Assembly (NCBI GenBank): GCA_947628305.1
Contig: CANQZG010000016.1
Location: 304 to 64,303 of the forward strand
Direction: 5' to 3'
Length of the DNA stretch: 64,000 nt
Origin: an uncultured Muribaculaceae bacterium
GTDB taxonomy: Bacteria > Bacteroidota > Bacteroidia > Bacteroidales > Muribaculaceae
Shown here: positions 26,098-34,401 of the stretch, one piece after another
Numbering within the stretch: position 1 is the stretch's first letter
Layout of the letters: the number at the start of each line of letters is the position of its first letter
Program-made: the position numbers and the translations under genes
The notes under the pieces: generated by a model
Told to the model about the DNA's origin: nothing
Database searches by the model: none
What the model saw: only the letters and a program-made list of their open reading frames with translations

Positions 26098-27141
26098 TCA
26101 ATAGTAGAAATCCGGATTGTAGATGTACTCGCGATTCTCGTAGCGAATCATGCCTTTGTTGTCAAGAAAGGTCTTTAAGCCCTTGACCTTGTTGTTGGAA
26201 TACGAGTGTCCACAGGCGGCATATCCTGCCTTCAATGCCGCCTCGAAGTTGCGACAACCTTTTATCGGCCCGTTGGCGAATACCACACCCAACGCCTCGC
26301 GGTGCTGTTCCTCGGTCAGTTCCTTGTAGGGATAAGGGTCTTTGGTTTTCTTGCCCGGCTCGGTGAACACATATCCGCTGGCTATCTCCGGCAGTCCGTA
26401 GTCATTGACACGGAAAGCGAATGGATCGAACTCGGCGGCGCGTATCATGGCGGCGCAGACCTCAGATACGGTATCATCGGTTTTACTGCGGCTCACCTGA
26501 AGTACGGTTTCTGCTTTGTTGTTCAGCTCAGTACCAACATGACCACGGGCATTATCATCGCTCTTGTTGAGATGCAGGACGGTGTGGATATGTATCTGGA
26601 ACTTGTCCGTCCATTCCATCAGCTTGCCGATAAGATCAGTTGACTCCTTGGCGCAGTTGATGTCATACATCAGGTCGCGCACACCGTCTATTACTACCAA
26701 TCCTACGCCGGGAGTATTGATTATAGCCTGCTCGATGACTTCAAGGCGCAATGAGGGTGTAAGCTGGCGCAATGCCGCGAATTTCAGATGCTCAGGGTGG
26801 GTGTCTGTCGGCAGTTTCGCCAGTCGCAAGGCTCGTTCCATTACCTTCTGACAATGATACGGACTTTGCTCTGTATCGAAGTAGAGGATTGTGCGCTTGT
26901 CGTCGGGAAACTCGGCTGTGTAGCCCAATACCTTGCCATTGACAAGCGATGCTCCGACGATGGCAGCGACATTGAAGGTCTTTTTACTCTTTGCCTTGCC
27001 GGTCGATGCCGAGAAGTTGCCGAGAGTGCCGATGACACTGCCGTTGGCATACAGTACCTCCGGCGCAGTCTGAATCTCATCGGTGATTCGCAACTGCTTT
27101 TCCTCCCAGAGTTTGAGGATGTCTTGCTTCACTCCGTCCAT
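26098..27141 (-). CDS. AAA-family (RepA/DnaB-like, AAA_25-type) ATPase
   Basis: 347 aa. P-loop-like GNFSASTGKAKSKKT, Walker B LVVIDGVRDLMYD, and HIHTVLHLNKSDDNARGH. Confidence 0.65.
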   Translation of the reverse strand: MDGVKQDILKLWEEKQLRITDEIQTAPEVLYANGSVIGTLGNFSASTGKAKSKKTFNVAAIVGASLVNGKVLGYTAEFPDDKRTILYFDTEQSPYHCQKVMERALRLAKLPTDTHPEHLKFAALRQLTPSLRLEVIEQAIINTPGVGLVVIDGVRDLMYDINCAKESTDLIGKLMEWTDKFQIHIHTVLHLNKSDDNARGHVGTELNNKAETVLQVSRSKTDDTVSEVCAAMIRAAEFDPFAFRVNDYGLPEIASGYVFTEPGKKTKDPYPYKELTEEQHREALGVVFANGPIKGCRNFEAALKAGYAACGHSYSNNKVKGLKTFLDNKGMIRYENREYIYNPDFYY

Positions 27142-27467
27142 TCCTCACCCCCTTTCTTATGTTCTTGTATGAGATCGAGTGCTTTCTGGGCGTCAATGAC
27201 GATTTTTCTGCCAGATTGGGTTATGGCATCTTTGATTACGCCACTGTTCTTGATACGGTGTGCGGTAGCCTTACTGCACTGGAGAAGTTCGCATAGACCC
27301 TTGATTCCGTAAACGAGCCAACGCTTTGCAGTGGTGGCAACATTTTCGTCAGAGGTAACGCTTTCGGTAGCGGTCTTGGTCTTGACAAAATGAGAGTCAA
27401 GTAATTCTAAAAATTGTTCTCCGGTGTACTGCCAGAGAGGAAGTTTGAGTAACTGGTCTTTTGTCAT
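27129..27467 (-). CDS. HTH_17/excisionase-like DNA-binding protein
   Basis: 112 aa. GIKGLCELLQCSKATAHRIKNSGVI. First gene of the HTH-AAA-primase operon. Confidence 0.6.
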   Translation of the reverse strand: MTKDQLLKLPLWQYTGEQFLELLDSHFVKTKTATESVTSDENVATTAKRWLVYGIKGLCELLQCSKATAHRIKNSGVIKDAITQSGRKIVIDAQKALDLIQEHKKGGEEWTE

Positions 27468-27535
27468 ACGCAGTGTGGGTTTGAGTTATACTTCCGCCCT
27501 CTGAGAGAGCGTATCCGAGTATCTCCCGGACACTG

Positions 27536-27543
27536 CAAAATTA
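27536..27543 (-). promoter_or_regulatory. Candidate -7 box (TAATTTTG) for the HTH-AAA-primase operon
   Basis: CAAAATTA on the + strand, about 69 nt upstream of the ATG at 27467. Confidence 0.4.
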
Positions 27544-27595
27544 CAACCGGTAATGAGTGGTATGTATGTGGATTCCTATTCTCCACTTACTAAAA

Positions 27596-27628
27596 CTACC
27601 CGTCAGAGTATCAGGCTCTAACGGGTAG
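27596..27628 (-). terminator. Hairpin terminator after the 390-aa gene
   Basis: CTACCCGT..ACGGGTAG (8-bp stem), followed on the - strand by TTTT. Confidence 0.45.
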
Positions 27629-27704
27629 TATCATAAGGTTTCAAAAGTGGAAATTTGAGTGGTGAAAGTGGTGCGCGAGTGGTATCTTTAAGTAGCACGG
27701 ACTA

Positions 27705-28877
27705 TCAAGCCCTCTTTTTATGGTTTTTCATGACTTCATCGACATCATCGGCGAAAGCCATACTTGACCTGCTGGCGTCGCTTCCACGTGGATGAGAATA
27801 TTTGCTTTCGTAATAGGACGCATCAATGTTGAAGTGCGTAAGAATGTCCTCCCTCCATGCTACCTTGTGCTTTTCTGGCACTATGTCGTAGAGCTTCGAG
27901 ATGAGATAGCACACCTTAATTTTTTGCTTGGGCTTTATCTTAAGAGGTTCATGCTTGCCATGCAGATTCAACGATGAATGAAACTGCGTTTCTGTCGGAT
28001 TGTCGAACACATCTGAACACACCTCATATAGTTCAGAGATGAGTATCATCGGAAACAGCTCTTCCTCCCATTGACGGCATGATTTCGTATTGGTCTGATT
28101 CTGTTTTACAGGTTGTTCAGGCGTGGGATAACTGCCATTATGAACCTGCATCTTTTGTATAAAGGTTTCCCTGCATTTCGGATGTAACTGAATTTCACAA
28201 GGCGGAAAGTATCTTTCCACCGTGATAAAAATTTTGCGACAGACATTTCGCAAGTCATGGTACACATCGAATGAAGGTTTCAACAGAAATTCATCATATT
28301 CAACGCTTTCCTGCAATTTCTTAAGAAATTCCCGTTTCTTTTCAAGCCATCCTTCACGGGTTTCGGCCATATGGAATAACTCGATTTCCTGTTTGTACTT
28401 ATCTATCGTCCAATCATCAGGCACCGGGATTTTGCGGCAAGCCTTTAGCGCGTACTCATAATGAGCGGCAATCATATAGAACATCTCCACTTCTTTAAGG
28501 AAGTGGTTGCTTTCGTAGCCGTCTATCATGTCTGCCTTGGATTTATTTTTACGTTCTTTGTCCAATTTATAGAATACATTTTGGAATGTATCTATTCTTG
28601 TCGCAATCTCAACACAGTAATTTCTGGTCTGGTTAGCTTGCACCTTTCCGATTTCTCCGGAAGCATGGGATTCGATGATAGCGTTTTCGATGTCGATAGA
28701 GCAAAGTTTACTGGTGGCCTCGGCAATTCGCTTGTACAGAATTGTATCCTGTTTGGCTACCAGCGGAACTTTCGTGAGTTGCCTCAGGTCGTCCAATATT
28801 GGCACAACATCTCGTAATGTCGTAGGGTTTGGCATTTGCGGGGTGGTGTTTAATGGGTTGATGAATGTGAGTACCAA
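27705..28877 (-). CDS. Hypothetical protein, 390 aa, no domain recognised
   Basis: Long ORF on the same strand as its neighbours and predicted to be largely helical. Lys-rich C-terminus. The start may be at M1 or M15. Confidence 0.55.
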   Translation of the reverse strand: MVLTFINPLNTTPQMPNPTTLRDVVPILDDLRQLTKVPLVAKQDTILYKRIAEATSKLCSIDIENAIIESHASGEIGKVQANQTRNYCVEIATRIDTFQNVFYKLDKERKNKSKADMIDGYESNHFLKEVEMFYMIAAHYEYALKACRKIPVPDDWTIDKYKQEIELFHMAETREGWLEKKREFLKKLQESVEYDEFLLKPSFDVYHDLRNVCRKIFITVERYFPPCEIQLHPKCRETFIQKMQVHNGSYPTPEQPVKQNQTNTKSCRQWEEELFPMILISELYEVCSDVFDNPTETQFHSSLNLHGKHEPLKIKPKQKIKVCYLISKLYDIVPEKHKVAWREDILTHFNIDASYYESKYSHPRGSDASRSSMAFADDVDEVMKNHKKRA

Positions 28878-28968
28878 TAAATCTTAACAATACCTATTGG
28901 AATGTTATGAAATTTTAGCACTCAGTATCTCAAACAACAAGCAACCCAAAAGTGTTCGCCCGCAAGAT

Positions 28969-30495
28969 TCAATGTTTAAGGATATCCCATCTGCCCGCTC
29001 TGGTACTGCCTTGGCGCAAGATTACGCCTTCCTTTTGCAAAACGTCTAAGTCGCGACGTATGGTAATTTTTGCAACATCTTCCTTAGCAGCTAACTCAGA
29101 CAATCTAATTGTGGGATTCTCAGATATGTATCCAATGATGCGCAACTGTCTTCCAGATAATTTTATGTGCTCATTTATGTGCTCATTTATGTGCTCATTC
29201 GGTGAACCATAAGGGTTCTCGGCATTGACTATCTTCAGTTCGAGTTTAACCTGCATCAGTTCAGGTTGCTCAATGAGCTGAGGTTTCAGCCAGTGCCTTT
29301 CATGCCAGGCATTGAGTATGAGAGGGAAGCCTGAACCAAGATTTTCGCCATAGCCTATCATACGAAGCATGTGCTGCATCCGCTGGTTACGCGCTTTGGA
29401 CTCTCCTCCGGCATAAATCTGCTCAAGCGGAAGTTTCAGCAGTCCGGGATTAGTGAGCACAAATCTGTCATCATACTTTTCAACCCTAAGGAGTCCGCTG
29501 CCTATCATCATGTCGGCATGGATAATCATGTTGGTAAAAGCCTCACGAACTGCTTTCTTCTGCGGAGTATCATCCTCTCGGATAATACCTGTCATCTTGA
29601 ATGGTCTGGGTAAATCCCGCGTAAGACGGGGAACTACCATACGCAGAAAGTTGAATATGTTGTTCTCCCATGTGCCATCGTATGTCAGGCGGTCGCTATA
29701 CCTTTGGTCTCCAACAAGATTAGACTTGTCGATGTAATCCATTCGCAGGTTGTCAAATCGCTCCCGCACCGGCAAGCCTTTGCCAAACATCAGCAAACCT
29801 GCCATAGTAAGCCCTTCCTTTCCGGAGGTACGGTCAATGGTATAAGCTCCGAGTTGTGTTAGAAATTCTTTGTGGTCCAATCCGTTCCATACGTGTTCGA
29901 GATTTGCCACACGGAACATGTTGCGATATGCCTCAAGTGTCGGAATATCTATGTCGTCCATCGTATAATGTTCGAGAAACATACGGTCATTACCATCATC
30001 ATAGGCATCTCGCAACATCATTCTTATAATGGCTTCGGGGCAATGATAATCTCCCTCATGCCGGCGTCGGTATGTGCCACGCATAATGTTGTTGTTGATA
30101 TATACCGGGCGCTCTTCATAAGTGGCACGAGGCACATGAATAACGACAACATCTTTACCATCGTATGAAAGGGTATTGATGTCTTCGTCTCTAAGCAGGC
30201 TGGTGCTTACCTTTTCTCGGCTATTGAGTGTGTTCCATATATCCGTGCGTATTTTTGCGGCATCTTCAACGCCGATGACATTGAAGCGTTTGGATGTGTC
30301 CTTTTCCTTCAAATCCTCGTCAACACCAAGAAGAATTGTGCCGCCATCAGTATTCGCAAAAGCAGAATAAGTTTCCCATAATGAATGTGGCACATCCTTT
30401 CTTGCTCTCTTACATTCAAGGGTAACCCGTTCTCCATTAGCCAAAAGTTGGTCAATGTATTCTTTATTGTTTATTTCTGCGTTGTTCGTTGCCAT
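28969..30495 (-). CDS. AlbA_2 (Schlafen-like), HATPase_c_4 and winged-HTH protein (COG2865-type)
   Basis: 508 aa. AlbA_2 (VTLECKRARKDVPHSLWETYSAFANTDGGTILLGVDE), HATPase_c_4 (REAFTNMIIHADMMIGSGLLRVEKYDDRFVLTNPGLL), and C-terminal wHTH (LSGRQLRIIGYISENPTIRLSELAAKEDVAKITIRRDLDVLQKEGVI). Confidence 0.75.
   Translation of the reverse strand: MATNNAEINNKEYIDQLLANGERVTLECKRARKDVPHSLWETYSAFANTDGGTILLGVDEDLKEKDTSKRFNVIGVEDAAKIRTDIWNTLNSREKVSTSLLRDEDINTLSYDGKDVVVIHVPRATYEERPVYINNNIMRGTYRRRHEGDYHCPEAIIRMMLRDAYDDGNDRMFLEHYTMDDIDIPTLEAYRNMFRVANLEHVWNGLDHKEFLTQLGAYTIDRTSGKEGLTMAGLLMFGKGLPVRERFDNLRMDYIDKSNLVGDQRYSDRLTYDGTWENNIFNFLRMVVPRLTRDLPRPFKMTGIIREDDTPQKKAVREAFTNMIIHADMMIGSGLLRVEKYDDRFVLTNPGLLKLPLEQIYAGGESKARNQRMQHMLRMIGYGENLGSGFPLILNAWHERHWLKPQLIEQPELMQVKLELKIVNAENPYGSPNEHINEHINEHIKLSGRQLRIIGYISENPTIRLSELAAKEDVAKITIRRDLDVLQKEGVILRQGSTRAGRWDILKH
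29165..29200. repeat. In-frame 12-bp tandem repeat x3 (ATGTGCTCATTT), encoding (NEHI)3
   Basis: ATGTGCTCATTT ATGTGCTCATTT ATGTGCTCATTC. It lies in the linker between the HATPase_c_4 and wHTH domains. Confidence 0.9.
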
Positions 30496-30547
30496 AATAC
30501 AAAATTAATCATTTCTAATGGACTTTTCATGTCTGGGGAGCAAATAA

Positions 30548-31900
30548 TCACTGTATCGGAGGCACTATAAATATTTTCTCGTTAAATGCCTGCATCATCG
30601 CCGGAGTCACATTAGAAATGTAACCGGCGAGAAGCGCCGATACTTCCGATGTGGCGTGTCCTACAGCATAGTCTATGTACGCTGTCATGACTCCATGATG
30701 CGCCAATGCCGAAATAAAAGAGTTGCGGGCATACTGTGGCGTAACGGGCTGGATTCCGAGAGATTCGCATACGTCCTTAATATTTTTTGATATGCGGCGA
30801 TTGAAGTCGTGGACACGTATAGACTTCTGTTCATCTGTAACCGCATTGAGGAATATGTCAGGGAAAACAGGTTCACCGGGATTATATGGAGAGGCATACG
30901 CATCGAGCAACTGCCGTAGCTGAGGGATAATCGGCACGGATGTTTCATCAAGCTGCTTGCCGACAGGTTTGTTTGCCCTGTCAATCTTGGAGCGTATGAA
31001 AACAAATTGCGGAAATTTCTGCGAGACTGCCGCCTTCTCGGTCCAGATAAGTTTAGCCATATCTATGGTGTTCATACCGTTAAGACAATAAAGGAGTAGC
31101 CAGCGTCCTACCGCACGCGCATATTTTGACTGTTTATCAGGATCTGCAAGCCAATATTCCCACAACTTCAATACTTCTTCCACAGTCAAGGCGTTCAAAC
31201 GGCGACGGTTGCCGGCATGGATAAGACCTTTGAAATTAGGTGCCATAGTGGTGTGTCCGTCTTTATATGCCTGATTGAACACAGCACGAGTGGCGCGAAG
31301 AATTACCATTCGCGTGTCCAAAGAAAGCGGCAGATCTGTGCCGTTTCGCGCTTTCTGTTCATCAAGCCATTTGGCGAAGCGTGTAATTATGGCGGTATCG
31401 ACAGCACCGAGAGAAATAGGTTTATCCTTGCGGAACAGTTTGAACCAATCAAGCGCGGAAGAATACATCGCGCGGGTCTTTACTTTTTCTTTCGATGCTC
31501 CAAGAGCTGCCCAATAAGAAAAAGTATCATCTGCTCTCATCGTTTTTTCTGTCACTTTCCCTTCCGACTTGTCGAGATAACTTTTCAAGTCGGCTACAGA
31601 GAAGCGATTGAGCAAGATAAGCTCATCAGTTTTGGCGCATACACGATCAAACATCTTGCGAAGTTCTTTTCGGGTTTCGATGGCGGTATTAGATTTTGAG
31701 AACAGAGCCTCGTATTCTTTCATTGATGACACCTTATATCCGGTCGAGAAATATCTTCTCGCCCGCTGATGGGTGACGCAGACTGTCAACGGCACAGATT
31801 TGCCTTTATCGAATTTATATCTATTATCAGGAGCGAGAATGATATACACCGTCGCTCCTGCGAACCGTCGTGATTCATCGCTAAAAAGTGCCTTGTTCAT
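30548..31900 (-). CDS. Tyrosine-type site-specific integrase
   Basis: 450 aa. Arm-binding-like N-terminus. Catalytic C-terminus with NGMNTIDMAKL, RNSFISALAHHG and AYIDYAVGH (R..H-x-x-R..Y context). Confidence 0.85.
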   Translation of the reverse strand: MNKALFSDESRRFAGATVYIILAPDNRYKFDKGKSVPLTVCVTHQRARRYFSTGYKVSSMKEYEALFSKSNTAIETRKELRKMFDRVCAKTDELILLNRFSVADLKSYLDKSEGKVTEKTMRADDTFSYWAALGASKEKVKTRAMYSSALDWFKLFRKDKPISLGAVDTAIITRFAKWLDEQKARNGTDLPLSLDTRMVILRATRAVFNQAYKDGHTTMAPNFKGLIHAGNRRRLNALTVEEVLKLWEYWLADPDKQSKYARAVGRWLLLYCLNGMNTIDMAKLIWTEKAAVSQKFPQFVFIRSKIDRANKPVGKQLDETSVPIIPQLRQLLDAYASPYNPGEPVFPDIFLNAVTDEQKSIRVHDFNRRISKNIKDVCESLGIQPVTPQYARNSFISALAHHGVMTAYIDYAVGHATSEVSALLAGYISNVTPAMMQAFNEKIFIVPPIQ

Positions 31901-31906
31901 ATAGCT

Positions 31907-32009
31907 GTGTTCAAAGTTGTGTTCAAGTTTTTATCAGACCTGCCAGACCCTATAAAACAATCAGGGAGCGTGTTCAGCAAATGGGATTTGAACACATTTT
32001 GAACACAAC
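31907..32009. repeat. Arm-type recombinase-site cluster, right end
   Basis: TGTGTTCAAAGTTGTGTTCAAG (31907-31926), GCGTGTTCAGC (31968-31978) and TTGAACACATTTTGAACACAAC (31988-32009). Same 8-mer as at the left end. Confidence 0.7.
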
Positions 32010-32033
32010 CCACGAGTTTCAAGAGGTCTCATA

Positions 32034-32041
32034 CAAAATTA
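32034..32041 (-). promoter_or_regulatory. Candidate -7 box (TAATTTTG) for the integrase
   Basis: CAAAATTA on the + strand, about 134 nt upstream of the int ATG. Confidence 0.3.
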
Positions 32042-32136
32042 CAAACTTCTTTTGATGTCTGCAAATATCTGATAATCAAATTACAACTTATTAACGAAGT
32101 TTCATGCGGTTTCGTTCAAAATCATGCCGTCCACCT

Positions 32137-32180
32137 ACTCATAATCAGGGAGTCCTAGGTTCAAGCCCTAGTGGGACCAC
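32137..32180 (+). repeat. attR direct repeat (displaced 3' part of the tRNA; not a functional tRNA)
   Basis: Identical to 14900-14943. It lacks the 5' acceptor strand and D arm. A tRNA-terminator-like hairpin follows: AGTAGTTAGC-acgt-AGCTGACTACT-T6. Confidence 0.95.
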
Positions 32181-32279
32181 TCAAAATCAAGTAGTTAGCA
32201 CGTAGCTGACTACTTTTTTATTGCCATTCTCCGCAGAAATATACAGAATCGCGCCCTCTGTTTTCTCCAATGTTTTCAT

Positions 32280-33173
32280 TCAGTCGTTTTGTTCATAATA
32301 GTACGAGTAGTCAATACCTTTCATGAACATTTCGCGGTCATTGATTTTTGTTGTCAAAGCTGTCTTGATTAGATTTTTAATATGTGAACTTTCGGCAACA
32401 CTTTCACGCATTGCCGAAAGGTATTCATTTTTGTCTATCTTGCTCCAATCGACACATCGTTTCAATGAACGCTTGAGCATTATATCGAGCCAAATACGAG
32501 TGCTTCTGCCATTACCTTCCATGAATGGATGGGCGACATTCATTTCGACATATTTGTCAATAATCTCATCGAAAGTCGTTTCCGGCATTCTTTCAATAGT
32601 AAGTAGTGTTTCGGGGAAGTGCATACAGTTGGCAAAGGTAAAGCCTCCCTTAGATATGTTCTTTGTGCGAATCTGCCCGGCAAAATCATACAGACCACCG
32701 AATATATAAGCATGTATCTGTTGCAGACATTTTATGCTACCCGGCTCCAGTCGTTGTAACAGACCGCTCTCATACAACTGATATGCTTTCTTGCGGCTTT
32801 GCCCGTCTAAAGTGGTGTCACTATATGTGAACCAATCGAGAAATTCATTTGCCCGGTTGTTGGGATAATGTTTGGCCAATAGTGAAACGCCTTCGCTGTT
32901 AAGCACATCCGCGACACGTAGTTTTCCATCAGGAGCCTCAAATTTGAACTTGTGAGTGCCACTCACGACTTCAACGCCTTCTTTCAGCAATTTCCGTTTA
33001 AGCCATCGCCAATAGTTTCCGGCCTTGACATAATCAGGTTCATTGTTTATAGCCCTGACGATATCTGTTGCCGAAAACCACCAGCAGTTGTTCTCGTCAT
33101 CCCAAACGGCACGCACCTCCCGGTCGTTAAAGAACCGAATGGATTTCTTATGTGATTTCGCTGATTCTTCCAT
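32280..33173 (-). CDS. Fic-domain protein with a Bro-N-like N-terminal domain
   Basis: 297 aa. Canonical Fic motif HPFMEGNGRSTR. The N-terminus (IRFFNDREVRAVWDDENNCWWFSATDIVRAIN) resembles Bro-N/antirepressor domains. Confidence 0.8.
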   Translation of the reverse strand: MEESAKSHKKSIRFFNDREVRAVWDDENNCWWFSATDIVRAINNEPDYVKAGNYWRWLKRKLLKEGVEVVSGTHKFKFEAPDGKLRVADVLNSEGVSLLAKHYPNNRANEFLDWFTYSDTTLDGQSRKKAYQLYESGLLQRLEPGSIKCLQQIHAYIFGGLYDFAGQIRTKNISKGGFTFANCMHFPETLLTIERMPETTFDEIIDKYVEMNVAHPFMEGNGRSTRIWLDIMLKRSLKRCVDWSKIDKNEYLSAMRESVAESSHIKNLIKTALTTKINDREMFMKGIDYSYYYEQND

Positions 33174-33215
33174 AAGTGAAATATATAATTTGCCAACAGA
33201 TAAGTTGATGGCTAA

Positions 33216-34013
33216 TTATTGGAACCATGAGTTTGGCATTAAGGGGACTCTCTTAATTTTAGGCAAATTTCGAGAAATAATTTGCCCTACGATTTGCTTT
33301 TGAACCAAAGACATGTCTTTGCCATAGTAGGCACACACAAAACAATCTTTTGGCAAGACTATGCGCTTGTATTCATCTTCCATCGTTTGGGGATAGATGA
33401 AACGTATCTCTTGTTCTGGTTTCCATGGAATAGATTTCTTTAGCGCAAAAAATTTATATGCAGAAAAAATCCTAACTGACGATGGTGCGCTAAGTGCCAG
33501 CCATGGTATAGCATCCTCAACAGAATCCTCGTATCGTACCATAATGCAAGCTGTTTTGAGGCCTTGCGCTATTAATGCTTTTGTGACTTTATTCTGATTC
33601 AAGCCAATACAGATTCCGTTTACTTGACCATTATCATCACAGGCATATCGGTTCCAAAGCGTGGTATTCGTAGGCGATGTGCCAAGACTACAAACACCAA
33701 ATGATGACAACACTTTTTCCTGTTCTCGCAAATGGTTATTTGCAATTTCTTGTGCGCTTTCTATTCCTTCTAAGATTTTAAGTGGGGCCGAGGTGTTAAA
33801 CTTAGTTATATTTAAATCCTCTGTATCATTTAACCTATCCCCTCGTGTAAATTGAAGATTATTGTATTGCAACATCTTACATCCACTTTCAAAAGTGAGA
33901 TATTTATATATAATCGGATAGTTGCTTGCTTGTTTAACGAGCAAGGTCATGAAATTTTTTATCTCATATTCGGAGATGGGACTTGAATCGGCAAATCTTG
34001 TTTCTTTTGACAT
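33216..34013 (-). CDS. DUF2971-like protein
   Basis: 265 aa. N-terminal IIYKYLTFESGCKMLQYNNLQFTRGDRLNDTEDL matches the DUF2971 signature (YKY..L..L.F...NDP.E). Confidence 0.6.
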   Translation of the reverse strand: MSKETRFADSSPISEYEIKNFMTLLVKQASNYPIIYKYLTFESGCKMLQYNNLQFTRGDRLNDTEDLNITKFNTSAPLKILEGIESAQEIANNHLREQEKVLSSFGVCSLGTSPTNTTLWNRYACDDNGQVNGICIGLNQNKVTKALIAQGLKTACIMVRYEDSVEDAIPWLALSAPSSVRIFSAYKFFALKKSIPWKPEQEIRFIYPQTMEDEYKRIVLPKDCFVCAYYGKDMSLVQKQIVGQIISRNLPKIKRVPLMPNSWFQ

Positions 34014-34014
34014 A

Positions 34015-34248
34015 TCAATCTAATTTGCCGCCATTGATTAATGAGCGAGTGTCAACTTTAGGGATAGAAGCAATCTTTACTAACATTTCAAGACTGGGCT
34101 GAGATGTGTTGGAACACCATCGGGAAATGGTCGCTTCGTTTTTCCCTAACTGTTCGGCGAGCCATTTGCCGGTGCGGTTCTGCTCAACCAAAACGACTTT
34201 CAGCCTATTTATGCGTTCAATTTCTATTTCTATACTATTTGTGAGCAT
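34015..34248 (-). CDS. XRE-family HTH transcriptional regulator (77 aa)
   Basis: MLTNSIEIEIERINRLKVVLVEQNRTGKWLAEQLGKNEATISRWCSNTSQPSLEMLVKIA. ATG at 34248 is preferred; the ORF-track extension to 34359 runs through the promoter and the att remnant. Confidence 0.7.
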   Translation of the reverse strand: MLTNSIEIEIERINRLKVVLVEQNRTGKWLAEQLGKNEATISRWCSNTSQPSLEMLVKIASIPKVDTRSLINGGKLD

Positions 34249-34272
34249 GAAATAATTCGTTGATGTTATTTG

Positions 34273-34280
34273 CAAATTTA
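34273..34280 (-). promoter_or_regulatory. Candidate -7 box (TAAATTTG) for the HTH-DUF2971-Fic operon
   Basis: CAAATTTA on the + strand, 25 nt upstream of the ATG at 34248. Confidence 0.4.
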
Positions 34281-34333
34281 GTGAGCGTTTTTGAGACAGC
34301 AAAATTTTGTAGAACCAAAATATGGATTTTCCA

Positions 34334-34344
34334 AGTGGGACCAC
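34334..34344 (+). repeat. Degenerate third copy of the tRNA 3' end (AGTGGGACCAC): possible ancestral att/tRNA terminus
   Basis: 11-nt exact match to the last 11 nt of the att repeats, in the same orientation. A hairpin plus T-run follows about 22 nt downstream, as after the other two copies. Upstream similarity is weak. Confidence 0.4.
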
Positions 34345-34366
34345 AACAAGCGAAAGCAAAACACGG

Positions 34367-34401
34367 AAGAATCCTGAAAATCAACGATTTTCAGGATTCT
34401 T
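34367..34401. terminator. Strong bidirectional hairpin terminator
   Basis: AAGAATCCTGAAAATC-aac-GATTTTCAGGATTCTT (16-bp perfect stem), with T-runs on both strands. Confidence 0.8.

Larger units (their letters stand above)
14900..32180. mobile_element. Integrative mobilizable element (about 17.3 kb) inserted in the 3' end of tRNA(CAT)
   Basis: 44-bp perfect direct repeats (14900-14943 and 32137-32180). TGTGTTCA arm-type repeats inside both ends. Tyrosine integrase next to attR. A RHH-MobC / relaxase operon and a primase/AAA/HTH module are present, and no T4SS genes. Confidence 0.85.

Noticed and set aside
32137-32180. A second tRNA(CAT) gene
   Set aside because: Only the 3' 44 nt are present, with no 5' acceptor strand or D arm. 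It is the attR duplicate.
34249-34359. The N-terminal extension of the XRE HTH ORF (114 aa in the ORF track)
   Set aside because: The extension is hydrophobic and low-complexity. It runs through the candidate -7 box and the tRNA-end remnant. The internal ATG at 34248 gives a standard 77-aa HTH protein.
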